Assembly (NCBI RefSeq): GCF_009914755.1 | Contig: NC_060930.1 | Length of the DNA: 64,000 nucleotides | Source: the human T2T-CHM13v2.0 reference genome, Homo sapiens | Reading direction: 5' to 3' (one strand) | In this document: positions 29,665 to 43,844 of the stretch, piece after piece | Position numbering within the stretch: position 1 is the stretch's first letter | Layout of the letters: every line of letters starts with the position of its first letter | The notes under the pieces: model-generated | Databases searched by the model: none | Seen by the model: only the letters and a program-made list of their open reading frames with translations | What the model was told of the DNA's origin: nothing | Position numbers and translations under genes: made by a program

Positions 29665-30296
29665 GCAATGAAATCACAGGGAATGATACGTTCAGAAAAA
29701 TATAACCTGATACTTTAAAATGAGATAAAAGAAATTAGAAAAAATATAAAAATTAAAAATCTATAAACACAAACAAGTATCAAAATTAGAAAAATTCCAG
29801 AATAAGGCATTTGAAATAGGGAAAATTTGAAGAGATGTGATAGAATCCAAAAAAGAAATCAGAAATCAAAGAAGAAATTTCTTGCAATAAATACTAAATT
29901 AAAGGCATATAAGAGAGAATAAACAGAATGGTTGATACCTTAAAAAAAACACAGAAAATATAAAGAAGAATATTTTTCAGTAAAAAAAAAACAATTACAG
30001 AAAGTGATCAGGATAGAAAAATGACCAAAAAAGAAAAAGAAAGCCAAGACATATATATATGTGTGTGTGTGTGTGTGTGCATGTGTGTGTGTGTGTTCTT
30101 GAAAAAGAAAACCAAAGCAATAGAATGAAACAAAAACTAAAGAACATGATTCACAAAAATGTTTTCACCATGAAATCAATCTAAAAATACATACGGAAAT
30201 GTACATTCTGTACCTTGGAAAACTGACCCAAATAACAAAGACCAATATACAGTCCAGGAAATTATTGGACTTTAAAGTTTTATGTGCATACATGTG

Positions 30297-30333
<37 letters not shown>

Positions 30334-30562
30334 ATATACAGGCACTTAGACAAAATGAAGTCTAAGTCACTTACAAAAAATAAAAACAAAATTATATTGT
30401 CATCATGCTTTATACCATATGTCAAAGGAGTAATAAATTTAAGTTACTCAAGAAAATGTGAGCTAGAATTTTATCTAGTCAAAATGACCTTTGATTCTAG
30501 AGCTATCAATGAAACTTTATGAATGTTCAAGAACTCAGGCAATATTGTTCCTTGTGCTTTTC

Positions 30563-30642
30563 TGTATTAGTCAGGGTTCTCCAAAGAAACAGAACTAACT
30601 GAAGAAAGACATAGATAGATAGATTATAAATAGATAGACAGG

Positions 30643-30694
<52 letters not shown>

Positions 30695-31230
30695 CAGATA
30701 GATAGATAGATCTTCATCATGAGAAATTGGCTCACAAGATTATGAAGGCTAGGAAGTCTCACAATCTGTGATCTGCAAACTGGAGAACAAGAAAAGCTGG
30801 TGGTACAATTCTGTCAGAGTCCAAAGGCCAGAGACCCAGGGCAGCTGATGGTGTAATTTCTAGTTGAGTCTGAAGACCTGAGAACTGGAGGGAGTTGGGG
30901 GAAGATAAGAGAGGCCAGGGAGGGTACAAAGAGATGACCTTTGTCTAAGTCTCAGACTCTGAAGACCTGAGAACCAGAAGCTCTGATGTTCCAGGGCAGA
31001 AGACAGATGTTTGAGCTCAAGAAGACAGAGAGTTCTCCTTTCAGCCTTTTTGATCCATTTGAACCCTCAAAAGATTGGATGAGGCCTGTCCACATTGGTG
31101 AGTGTGGACTTCCTTTACTCAGTCCATCAATTCTCTTCTCAAGACATCCTCAGACACACACCCAGAAATAATACTTTATTAGCTGTTTGGCTATCTCTTA
31201 GTTCACTCAAGTTTAAAATTAACCGTCACA
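30563..31230 (-). mobile_element. MLT2B-type solo LTR
   Basis: tgtattagtcagggttctcc..aaaattaaccgtcaca. Confidence 0.88.
30611..30711. repeat. (GATA)n tetranucleotide STR; pure run (TAGA)13 at 30643-30694
   Basis: Direct reading. Confidence 0.95.
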
Positions 31231-31716
31231 CCTCCCTGCAGAACCTCCTAGAGAACAAGCTTCAGGAACTGAAATGATTGGAGAGGCATTCAGCAAAGGG
31301 CTGGGAGGTCTTCAAATATCACATAATTTTGAAGACCAAAGAAAAAGAGAAGTACCTAAAAACAAACATCAAAAAGGCAGATTATTTTCAAATTTGCAAA
31401 AATTAGACTAACAGCTGAATTTTTATCAGCACCAGTAGATACCAGAGATGATGGAAAAATATATTTAATAAGTTAGAATAAAGGAATTGTAAACCATGAA
31501 TTCTACCCCTAGGGGAAATAACTTTTTTAAGAATAATTTATAATGAAAGAAAAGACATTTTTAGGCAAACAAAACTTGAGAGTTAGCCACGAAAAGATCC
31601 TAACTAAAGGAATTTCTAAAGGCAGAAGAAAATGATTCCAGATGGATGGTCTGAGATTTCAGAAGAAATGAAGACCAAAAAAAGGTGGTAAATGTGTTGG
31701 TTTATCTAAACAAACA

Positions 31717-32255
31717 TGGCTGACCCTTGAACAATATGGGTTTGAACTGCCCAGTTTCACTTATGTGTAGGTTTTCTTCCACCTCTTCCACCCTCAAGAC
31801 AGCAAGACCAGCCCTCCTGTGTTCCTCTTCTACCTCAGCCTACCCAATGGGAAGGCAATGAGGATGAAGACATTTATGATGATCCACTTCTACTTAATAA
31901 ATAGTAAATCTATTTTCTCTTCCTTATAATTTTCTTAAAAACATTTTCTTTCCTCTTGCTCACTTTATTATAAAAATATAGTATGTAATACTTATATGAT
32001 GCAAAATATGTGTTAATCAATTGTTATATTATCGATAAGGTTTCTGGTCAACAGTAGGCTCTTAGTAGTTACGTTTTGGGGGAAATCCAAAGCTATATGT
32101 GGATTTTTGACTACATAGGGGGTCGGTACCCCAACCCTCTGCTTCAACAGGGTGCTTTAACAGGGTGCTTATGGGAGTCTGCTGACAGATAGCTATACCA
32201 ATTTCACTATTAACTTTTTAAGGCTAGTTCACATTTTGTTCAAGGGTCAACTCTG
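31717..32255 (+). mobile_element. Tigger2a with a ~90-bp foreign insertion near its right TIR
   Basis: TIRs tgacccttgaacaa / ttgttcaagggtcaact; internal gatgaagacatttatgatgatccactt. Confidence 0.9.
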
Positions 32256-33769
32256 TAATCAAAAATTAAGTGTATAATGCAACACTAATACTATCTCGGG
32301 TAGAAAAAAAACAGAATTTTAACATCCAAATAATACTAAAACACAGAATGAAAATAGCAACTAAGTCAGCAGAGTTTGGGAATGTAAGGACATGAGCCAC
32401 TCACTGGGGGATGGAGTGAAGCACTTTAGTATCTAAAGGCAATTGCAACGTACTTGAGTTTTTGTTTTGTCAGGCTGTGCATAGTGTACATATTTTATAA
32501 AATTATTATATATATATATCTTTTCGTATTAATACAAACAAATCTTTAAAGGAAAAACCACAAATCTCAATGGTTGATTCAGATCAGTAATGGTATTCTT
32601 TAGAAAGGTAACTGAAAGAGATATTTCTTTCTCAATCTACTGTCAAATTTATCAGTTGTGATATACTAATAAGAGAGTATGATTTTTTTTCAAAGGTCCT
32701 GATGTTTTTCATGCTGTTCAAGCCAAGTGTAAGAAAAAGACATTAATTTTATCTTTTTTTCCTTTGAAAGTTTCAGCTGGAATGAAACTCAAGTCAAAAT
32801 GATATAGAGAATTAACTACTTTCTTTATTTGATATGGGCTTTTCCCAGCTAATATCTAGCCTCTTTTTTTCTGTATATTAAGATAATTATAGTCATTAGC
32901 AGTACATTGTGGTAGAGATACTATCACTATCATAGTTTCCTATGAACGTTTTCATGGTACCTAAAGCGAGAAAATGCAAAAGTTTGTCCTCAGAGAGCTT
33001 TAATGCAATGATATATTAAGTCAGCACTTGGCATGAGAAGGGAGGAGCAGAGACAATGGAAAAAAGAACTCGGAAGCTTTAAATGTAAATGAACGTTAAT
33101 CATGAAAAACACTGATTAAAGTGTAATGATATAAAAGTTAATCTAGCTACCATGCAATTAACTCAAAATTACAACCATATATTGTATGTGTAATCACATC
33201 CTAAGAAACATATTACATTTAAAAAAATGAAACTGCTTTAACAGGGTGCTTATGGGAGTCTGCTGACAGATAGCTATACCAATTTGATAATTAACTTTTT
33301 AAGGCTAGTTCACATTTCGTGTTCCTAATTAATGCCTACTTAATTTTTGATACATTCTATATTAGGTTAAGTGCCAATTAAACACTGCAGGCTCTAAGAG
33401 TAAAAAAATTCTCAAAACCTCAAAAACATGTGATTTTATCCTTAGATTGCTGTACAGAAATCTATTCAGTGACTAAGAATATCACTTTCTCACTAACAAC
33501 CTAATAAATTCATCCTTGAATGAAAGTATTAAAAAATAAAACATGATTGGCTGTGATGACCTCATGAATTCAAGTGATTGAGATGATCACTCTGATGATA
33601 GTTTCTAATTATATAGTCACTTGTAAAAGTTTATTTAAGCAACTTTCACCAAATCCACTAATAATCTCTGCACAGTTTCATCAGATGTACTAAATTATGT
33701 CTTCATCTGCAAAGGAAAGTAGTAGAGCCCAGGCTTGTAATCTAATCCAAGAGCACCATGGAAGACAGA

Positions 33770-33925
33770 ATGCCGAATGCACACCAGACCGGGAATCAGA
33801 AGACATTGAGTGAAACACTTAGCAAGTTTCTGTTTAATCTTAAGCCTCAGTTTCCTTCTTCATGTAATGGGAATGGCAATGTCCACCTGAAAGAGGGGTT
33901 GTTAGGATTAAATAAACATGTCTGA
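33770..33925 (+). mobile_element. MIR
   Basis: gaatcagaagac..aagcctcagtttcct..gtaatgggaat..ggttgttaggattaaat. Confidence 0.7.
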
Positions 33926-34009
33926 CACACAGCAGACAACATGTACAACAAACAATATTCATACTTAACCTTTGCCCCGAAAGTAACCTAAGTTTTTTGA
34001 ATGTACAAG

Positions 34010-34200
34010 CATGTCCCTGTGATTCTCATAACAGTGCTGTGATTGATACTTTTCTTCCCATTTTACAGATGAGAAATCTCAGGTACAGAAAGCTTAAGTA
34101 ACCACCTACCAAATGTCACACAGCTAGTGACTGGTAGAGCTGAGTGACGAACCCAGGTAGTCTGGCTCCAGAACCCAAGCTCTTAACCACTATGCCATAC
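34010..34200 (-). mobile_element. MIR (well preserved)
   Basis: cccattttacagatgag..gtcacacagctagt..gaacccagg..tctggctccaga..ctcttaaccactatgc. Confidence 0.9.
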
Positions 34201-34459
34201 AGTTCAGTAAAGGTGGACTGGATTTGCAAGTAATTTTCCCATCACTGTTCTCTGCAGTGTGGCTTTGCTTCTTAAAATCGTGTGCTCTTAAGTCTGCAGG
34301 ATATTGAATGTTGTGTACCCTATGCTTTTATCAACTCCTGAATAATGAGGCAAATTTTCCTAAATCTGCAATTAGAAGTACCTTAAAGGAAAAATAATCA
34401 GAATTAACACATTGTAAGCAAATTTATTTATATATATATAATGTATATTATATTTTTAA

Positions 34460-36140
34460 GTACATTTTTATTAAAGTATCACATATATAATAAAATGCAC
34501 AAATTGTTAGTGTATAGCTAAGCGAATTTTAAAGTAAACACATTCAGGAACCAGCACCCACATCAAAAATAGATCAGAAGTCCACCTTTTCTCACTCACT
34601 AAATAAGGTTGATTACTATTCTCTAAGGTTGATGACTATTCTGATTCCTAACATCATATATAATTTTTTGCTTATTTTTGCAATGTATAAATGGAAACAT
34701 ACCTTATGAATCGTCTTGTCTTTTTTTCTGATTTCATTCAGTTAATATTGAATTTGTGATATTTATTCATTTAATTGTACCTAGTTACATCTCATTTTTT
34801 CTCATTGCTCTATAACATTTCATTATATGAAGATGCCACAGTTTATTAATCCATTCTATATCTCAGGTATGTCCATCTTCAGTAAATACTGCCACTGATT
34901 TTTACAAAAGAGTTGTACCAGTTTATATTCCCACAAGCAGTTGCTCCATATCCTCATTAGCACTTACAACAATCTTTCTTCATTTTAGTCATTATGCTTC
35001 AATTTGTGGGAACATTTTGCTGTGGTTTTAATGAATAATGGTTTGAAGAATTTACATTTTTACAGGCAACTTTGCTGTCTTCATTGTGAAGTTTTTGTTC
35101 AAAACTTTCCATTTTACTTGAGTGTCTAACTTATTAGTGAGTAGCTGGTTGTGTTGCAAATAATATTCCTCACTCTGTCTGTTATGTTTCCATTGGTTTA
35201 ACGATGTGGTTTAATGAACAGTAATTACTACTTTTAATGTAATCTACTATCTTTTCCTTACTGAGTAGTGTTTTTGTTACCTGTTTTAGAAATCTTTTCC
35301 TACTCCACGACATAAAGTTACTGTCTTTTGCTACTTTCTGAAAGTTTTGCTTTACCTTTCACATTTAGCTCTTCATTCTAGTTGAAACTGATTTTTATGT
35401 GAGGTACAGATCAAAATTTGTCTTTTAGAATGTAAATATTCAATATACCCAGCACCCTAAAATCCCAAATCCTCTGAAATATTGTGTAGTAAGTTAAGGG
35501 TCGATTTATATCTTTGATTTTTAGGGGCTAATTAATCTGTTTATTTTTTATTTATCATTCGCCAATAGCCACGCTATTTTTCTTAGCATAACATCTTATC
35601 TTGTTGAAAATGTTTTTCTACATGATTCTTCTTCAAAAATGTCTCATTCTAGGCATTTTGAATTTTGATACAGATTTTAGAATTATTTGCCAATTTTCAC
35701 ACACACAAAAAAAACCTGTGGAATTTTTATTAGAGTCACATTAAATCTTTAACTCAATTTGTGAATAAATGACATTGTTATAACACTGGGCTACTTAATG
35801 AGAAGAGTATTATTTCAATTTATTTATATCTTCTTTAATTCCTTACAACGAAATCTTACTTTGGTATCTAGAGCTCATTTTTACATCTTTTCTTAGATTC
35901 ATTCCTATATATTTGATAGTTTTGGTCCTTTCATAAATGGTACTTTTTAAATCAAATTTTTCTATTTGCTTGCTTCTGGTATATGTAAATTAATTGAGTT
36001 TTGTATAATGAACTTATATCCAACAACCTAAGCTGTAATTAATAATTAGAATTATTATTATAACTTACCTGTAGATTATTTGTAAATTTTTATTAATAAT
36101 ATTATATAGCCTCAGAGAACTATAGTTTTATTAACTCTTT
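34460..36140 (-). mobile_element. L1M (MC/ME-type) 3' portion
   Basis: Antisense 3' end (ttttattaaagtat..aaaatgcacaaat..gtgtatagct) and T-rich ORF2 remnants. Confidence 0.75.
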
Positions 36141-36339
36141 TGCCTTTTTAAAACTGAAGAGACAAAGTTGATTTTAAATCAATTTTCTTAAAGTTGATTT
36201 TCCCTTCATTTTAGTTTCTGTATTTGTTATCTTTTAGATGCATTTTTGGTAAGCACTAAAGAATTATGTTTTACTTGTTATTATCAAGTCTGATTCTTGC
36301 TTACTTTTTAGTACACCACCATTTGGCTACTGTATTACA

Positions 36340-37580
36340 ACATCAAATTATCTTGGCTAGTGACCTTCAAATCAAACACAGACTCTCAATTCATATATTC
36401 CTTGTTTCTGTTTTATCTGACATTTCTGACCACTTGTTATATCTTAAAGTTCCTTCCTTCCCTCATTTGTTTCAAATATGACACACTCCTCTGGTTCTTC
36501 TCTATACTTTCAACAGTTATTTTTCCAGCTATTTTTTTGGCTCTTCTTGTGCCCATGCTTGAAGCAGTAGGATTTTCTATGTCTTGCATCTGTAATCTAT
36601 TGCTCTTCCCATTCAACTTGCTCTGCCGTGGGGTTTTCATTTGTGCTAACATATTTATTTTCTCCCTGATGCTGGTAACTTCTAAATATATATCTTTACT
36701 TCTGATCTGTCCCTACAAATCTTATAAAAAGATTTGTCTGCTAACTATAAAATCTACTTGGACATTGCACAGGCATCTTATACTTAAGATGGTCATAATT
36801 ATAATAATTATTATATTTTAAGATCTACTCCTTCATCTGAACTTCTGATTTTATTTAATGCACCCATAAATCTATTAATAAGTAAAACAATGTATACTAA
36901 CCTTAGGTTCTTTTACGATACACTTGGTCCTGAAACTATGGAGCTCTTTGTATGGGTAAATTCTTGCATGGGAACCCAATTTGTAAGTTAGGGAAAAGCA
37001 GAGCTGTACGTTTTCAATGTGTTGAAGTGTGTGTTATTTGGGGAAGTGGCTGCAGAGGTGGAACATGGATTTCCATTTCTTTTGGCTTCCTTTTTACAAT
37101 TGATCATAGTAACGACTGTAAAAATGCAGTCATAAAACCACTTACCTAAAAATAATTTACGCTGGCACCATACTCCTTAATTGGGAATACCACTTAATAT
37201 TTTATGATGTAATTACAGCAAATACCCCTATTTCCCCTCTCTCGCACACAACGAGCTGTTTTTCACGTAAATGTTTCTTGGTTTTTCAGTTTCCTTGGAA
37301 TGCTTCTCCCCTTTTCTCAATTGGTGACTCTTTTTCACTTTTTAAAAAGTCAACTAAGGTGCAACTTTCTGTAGGAAATCCTAATCCTATGTCACAGTCA
37401 AAAGGTATCTCAGTATGTTTTTATAAGAGTCTGCGGAAGCATGAAAATCACGGTTGAAATTATATGAAAATTAGGCTTCAAATTCCTCAAAGACAGGGTG
37501 CAGGTCTTTGTTATTTCTTTAGTGTTCAGCAGATTGCAATAATTATGGTGAATGTCAATAAATGTTTATTGAAATGTTGA
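36340..37580 (+). mobile_element. Fragmented L2 (RT region to 3' end)
   Basis: DTLLWFFSILS resembles L2 RT; 3' tcaataaatgtttattgaaatg. Confidence 0.65.
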
Positions 37581-39486
37581 ACTAACCTGCCTTGTAGTGC
37601 ATAGACTTCAAAAGCCAATATAAGAAAATTGAATATTTAGTAAAATTGACTTGTAGATTGCAAAGAATTTTCAACTCAATTTAAAAAATTTGATTTCCAC
37701 AAGAATTTTACAAAATTGAAATCACAACTATTATCCTAATTTACAGGTGGAAAAAAAAAAAGAAGCCTGGAAATGTGTGAGTTTTCTACCATATATCTAG
37801 TTAAAAGCAATACCAAGTAAAGTTCAAAACTATGTTTTTAGAATATGAAACTGAATATTTCTTAAAGTCTATCAAATTTTTATTCATTGTAGGATGATCA
37901 AGATTTGTGGGGAGTCTCACGTAGTATTACTTTTGCCTTCCAAACAATTCCTTGCAGGTTTTAATGATGTGTCAGTGTACTGATAATATCCAAGGAAGTA
38001 AATTAATCCTATCTTACTATAATGTCATTGTATTAACATACAATTTTATCTTTGTCCATTCTTTAAGATCTCAAAATGCTTAATTTCCTCTTTTCAAATA
38101 CTCTCACATGTGTACAATAATGAGGCCTATAGCAACTTGACTTTGTTTCTATGGAATTTATTTTCCTTGTTACCTATTTCCAGCCGTAAGTACCATATGG
38201 AAACTTCTTCCTGAATGTACCCCCTCTGCCTCAGTCCATGTAGCTTTGAGCCCACTTAGAGCCCTTGTTTTCTTAGACCCTTTCTTTAACTTTGGTGACC
38301 AATCTTTTTACGCTATACCTTGTCTTAGAGCTCCTCCATGTTCTTCTCTTGAATTACGCCTCTATTCATACAAGTTGCAATTTTCTCTAAAGATCAAGAA
38401 CCACTTCTCTGATCTCCCCACTGGTGTTGTTTCTATATTTAAATGGGATATTTTACCTTGCTTTATTTTTTTCTTGCTGTTCTTAATCACATTTATCACA
38501 AGTGGTCAAGTAATTTATGTGAATAAAAGAAAAATACTTGACTTCAGTTTAAATTTGGGCATAGAATTTTAGATGGCCATAATTGTTGCTGTGGAAAGTT
38601 TTGCCCCAGAACGTTTTCAAAAAAATATTTATTGGAACCCAGACTTAGCATCAACTTTCATGAGAATCACAAGTTTATTATTGTTCTGAAACATTTGGCC
38701 TACTTTAAAGCCAAAAATCGGTGTACTGTAGATATTTTTATTTATATAAATTATCTATAATTATTGCTTTATGCATATTTTCAAGATAAAACAGGAGTTT
38801 TAATAATATTGAGCTATAGCATGATAAATGTATCAATTTACAATGCTTAACTTGATTAGAATCTCCTTGATTAGATATCTTCTTGCTACTATTACCCTAA
38901 AAAACTTTGTTACAAAGTAAAACCTCTATTAATTACTATTCAGTGCTAGGAAAATGTTGTAAGGCATTTTTTTTTTGCCATCAGGCCAAGTCCAATCATT
39001 CATTTGACTAAACTGAACTACACAAAAGCAGAGACTTATCTTAATGACCACAGTACTTCCATTACATAGAACAATCTCTCCCATCAGATCAGTATTCATA
39101 AAGGCTTGCACAATGAATGAATCTTAGCTTTCTAAGGAAAAGACAATATTGGATAGATCTTAAGAAGTCTACTTACTAAAGTTTGTCTTAAAGTTTCCTT
39201 TTAATTTTTATTATATCAATTGAACTAAGTTGATGAGGGAGATGAAGGAGAAAGGTGATAGTTTAGATCACTTCATATTGTTCATTAACCATCAAATAAT
39301 TAGACTAATATTACATATATGTTCACACACACATATATATATACGTATATATACATATTAGTCAAATAGACTAATATTGCATATATGTTCATACACATAT
39401 ATAAAATATATGTCTTGTTTTGAAGAGTCAGGTTATGCTATGTTAAATAAAAACATTATGAGTTTTTTCTTTTGGAGCTGAACTGA

Positions 39487-39857
<371 letters not shown>

Positions 39858-42684
39858 AGGTTATGCTATAGTAAATAAAAATATTATGAATTATTTGGAA
39901 ATTGAATTGAGAATTTTGACCTGATTTGTTGGATGTGTATAGTGGTAGGCTAAAGATAAAGGACAATTAAGCATGTCCTTTCTGAGTAATTACGACTTTT
40001 CGGTTCACAAAGAACAATTTATTAATGTCACATTTGGATCAGGTTAATTAAAGAGACAGACTAAATAAGTGCTGTGCCACAGAGCATCTATAAAGGCTCT
40101 GCAAGGCCCATGGTTTGCATTTGAAGAATACGATTCAGTGTTATAGTTAATTGCAAATGATAATACTACTTTGAGGGCCATATTAGACACACAGGCTAAT
40201 GAATTTTTTTTATCATAGCTTTTGTATCCCCAGAGGGTCCTAGTCGCAGTAATAAAAGCAAAATCATAGTCTTTCTTACCTCATAAACGTAGTTTACATC
40301 CTTTGTATATGTCTTACTAGTTGAGTGAGTTTAGCCAACTTACATAACCCCTGTAGATCCGCTAAAAAAGTGAATAAATAAGACTAACTTCAAAGAGTCT
40401 GAGCTGATACAGCAACAACAATGAAGTATGGATTGGCAACTTATCCCATAGGAAAAATGTTCTATAAGTGCTGCACATTTTATTCAATAAATGTTTGTAG
40501 TAATTAATACAATTGGGAATTCTCTCACTGAACTTCTCTCCATTGTTCCCATGCATATACATATGCATAGTGCTTTGTCACTATGCATATATATAAGTCC
40601 TTTATTTGAACATGACATCAAGGATTGATGTCTGCCTATCATGTGAAGGACATAAATATATAACATTGTACTGGTCTTTTATCTGGTCCTCATTTCATGT
40701 AAAACTAACCTTCTATTACTAACCTCTGTCACACATTTTTATCTTTGTTAATGTAAGCCAAAAATGATTGAATTTGCACATTAAGATAATATAATTAGAA
40801 ATAATGAAGTTACTATCAGATTATTATTCAAGCAAAATTATTCCAAATTAATTGAAAAGAGAAATGGATATAAGCAAAAAGATGAGAACAAGGACTGTAA
40901 GAGTCAAAGGGCATCCAGTATGTTTTATCAGTATTCATGCAGAGTTTTCATGATAATGTGTTAGCTTTTTATATAGTTCAAGGTCCTGATTTATTTTCGA
41001 TACAAATAGTCAAAAAATTTGTATATCCTATTGCATTGCTTTGCAGATAATTCTATAGACTTAGTGGACTGAGTCCAAGGGTGTATGATTTGCAGCAGAA
41101 ATTCAAGCATAAAAGTCCCTGTTGTTAGCATCCCCAGCAACTTTAAAACTCGGCTGTGAAATCTCAGCCCTTGTCCCAGAAAGACTATGGGTCACGGTGG
41201 AAGGAAGAAATGGCGAGGCGGCTTTATATATCTGTGTGTGGGAGGAAGCTCTTTCCATTAATAAGCAGGCCTTTAATCTCCTGAGCCCATTTCCCCAGCA
41301 GTCAATTCACCTAGAAAAATAAAATGTCATTTAATTGGCAGAAAAATTGCTTAAATTCTGTGTGACAAACTCAAAGAAATACATTCTGTACATGGAAAAG
41401 CAAAGAGAAAAGGATACAAATTAAATGTTAATTATAAAGGTGATTAAAATGTAATAATATACAAAATTCAGCTAGTTCCTTAGTAACTGACACAAAATTA
41501 TATAACTTTGGGATATATAATCACAATCAAACTAATATTATAAACTTAAAAAATAAATTGCTTAAAATTGATGCTTAGGCTCCATTGTGTTGACAGCTAT
41601 CTACTCAATCTGTAGAGAATGCTAATTTGATAGGAATGACTTGCATTGAAAAGTCAGTTCAGATTTTGGGTTAATTGGCATCCACTTAACTTGTGAAGTC
41701 TACCTTGTTAAATATAAATGTTTTAAAAAATTAATGCCAATAGATGTGAAAAAACCATTTGACACAAGGCGGCAATTAACTACAGTATATAAAACCAAAA
41801 TTCAAAAGTCTGGAAGTTGGTAAAGATGCAAACTTCTTTACTTGCCCTTGAATTTACAAATCAATCATACGTCAAAATGAAATGCAAGAAAATAACCTGC
41901 CAAATCGTATATGGGAGAAATCAGAAAATCCAGAGGAAATGGAAGTGCAAAGATTGTAACAGAAAAGAATGAAAGAATAATGAAAGAAGTCCAGATACTC
42001 TCAAAAAAGTCATGTACCTGTTTTTAGCTTATATCAAATATTTAAATTTATTATTGTTTAACATCTCTGAAGATTCATCTTTTATGCATTATGCTTTTGT
42101 TAATATCAAGTCATATTGCATAGGTATATTTTAGTCTAGAAGATTATACTAATGAAAAACTTTAGTACTAATAATTATAATAGCATGTTTCTTCTCTCTT
42201 TTCTTTTGGATCTTTCATATTTCAACTCAGCATATACTAATTCATGGTCTCTTGAATTTGAACCAAGCACTGTAGTGGTTACTGGGCAAGTCTCTCTCCT
42301 AAATCAAGTATCTACACGGATAGGAATGAAAGGGTTTAACAATTTCTGGAGGACTTATTCTGTTGACAATTTTTCAATAGCCAATGAGGACAAATGCAAG
42401 TAAGTTTAAATCAGGAAAGATGATCTGGAGCCAAGTATATAAAGGACCTTGGCAAAGGGTTCTAAGGAAGCACAGAATAGTAAAATATGGACTACAGCTG
42501 GAGTTAAGGGCCCAAAAGCTTTTATTCATTTTGGTGTTACCTCAGAGCCATGAGGTTGAGAGAGGTTAAAGAATTTGCGAAGTGAACAAATATGAAATGA
42601 ATAAGACACAGTTCTGGCCTCTAAAGAATGTTTAATATCCTATTTTTTGATATTGTAATGGTAGATGTGATCACTCGTCTTATT

Positions 42685-42920
42685 TAGTGCACTGTTAAGA
42701 CTGTAAGTTCAAGCTTTAATTCACCTAGTACAGATCCTAGCTCTGCAGCTTGCTCTGGTTGACTGTGTACATTACTGAAATTGTCTGTTCTCAGTTTCCT
42801 CATGTTTAAAATGGGATTAATAATAGTACCTATCTTACAGGAATTTTATATGAATAAAATGTGATAATGTGTCTATAGATCTTAGAGTAGTGCCTAGGAT
42901 ATAATGAGAAATCACTATAT
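42685..42920 (+). mobile_element. MIR
   Basis: tcctagctctgc..ctcagtttcctcat..aaaatgggattaataatagtacctatct. Confidence 0.85.
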
Positions 42921-43032
42921 CATATGTTTACCTCCCAAGCAGATTCTAGGTTCCTTTAGAAAAAGAGACCCACATTCATCGTCACCTATATCAAAAACAG
43001 AGCATTTATCTACTTTTGCAAGACTTATCTTT

Positions 43033-43840
43033 CTTTCATTCATTCAAGAACTGTTCTTTGTGTTCTCCTTACCCTTCTATAGTGGTGTTTGAGACTGGAA
43101 TGCCAGACAGGCATGGCCTCTTCTCTCACTGAAATTATAATCCATTGGAGAAATGCAGACAAGTCAATGAGTAATTTTAAAACAGTGAGTACACGTTATT
43201 GTAAGAGAGGTCCACAGTGTTGTGGAAAAAGTTGAGGAGATATCCAATTTAGATGTCAGTTTTCCGGAGAATCATACTGCAGAAAATGACTTTTGACTTC
43301 AAATCTGGTAGAAAGGGCAACAATGGGGAGAAAAACTACTGCCAAGAGAGAGGATAGTATGCCCAAAGTGTAGGACTAAAAATGGATATGCTATAAGAAT
43401 ATGCTTGAGAAAAGTGAAGAATTGTAAGTATGAGGTAAACAGGAGAAAAACAGGAAAAGTGGGGAATGATATTGGAGCGGGAGGCAGGACTCAGACCATT
43501 CAGGACTTTGTTAGCCACACTGAGCATCTTTGACATTATCTTAAAGGAAATTAAGAATACATTAAAGGGTCTAAGCATGAGAGCTATGTGATAAGATTTG
43601 TATTTTCTTAAGACTATTTTTGCTGCTTATAGAGAATGGAGTGAAGGGAACGTGAATAGAAGCAAAGGTAACCATGAGAAGACTCTTAAGAACCACTGGA
43701 AGGACATAATGTGTCCTCACTATAGAATGGGTAGAGGGATTAGGCAAAGTTTGGTTTTGAAAGTTATTTAGGATGTCATATTATTATGCATCCTGGATTA
43801 ATTTGATATGCACAGTAACAGAACAGAGAAGGACAATCAA
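43033..43840 (-). mobile_element. L2 3' portion (further pieces to ~44970)
   Basis: ttcattcattcaa start; antisense L2 body. Confidence 0.75.
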
Positions 43841-43844
43841 ATGG

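Larger units (their letters stand above)
29670..31290 (+). mobile_element. HAL1/ancient L1 ORF1-like remnant interrupted by MLT2
   Basis: A-rich; tgtaccttggaaaactgaccca, ttattggactttaaag, agaattttatctagtcaaaatgacc, caagaactcaggcaatattgttcc. Confidence 0.55.

Noticed and set aside
36360-36821. 153-aa hydrophobic ORF
   Set aside because: Non-ATG start, inside a T-rich L2 relic; partly the L2 RT frame.
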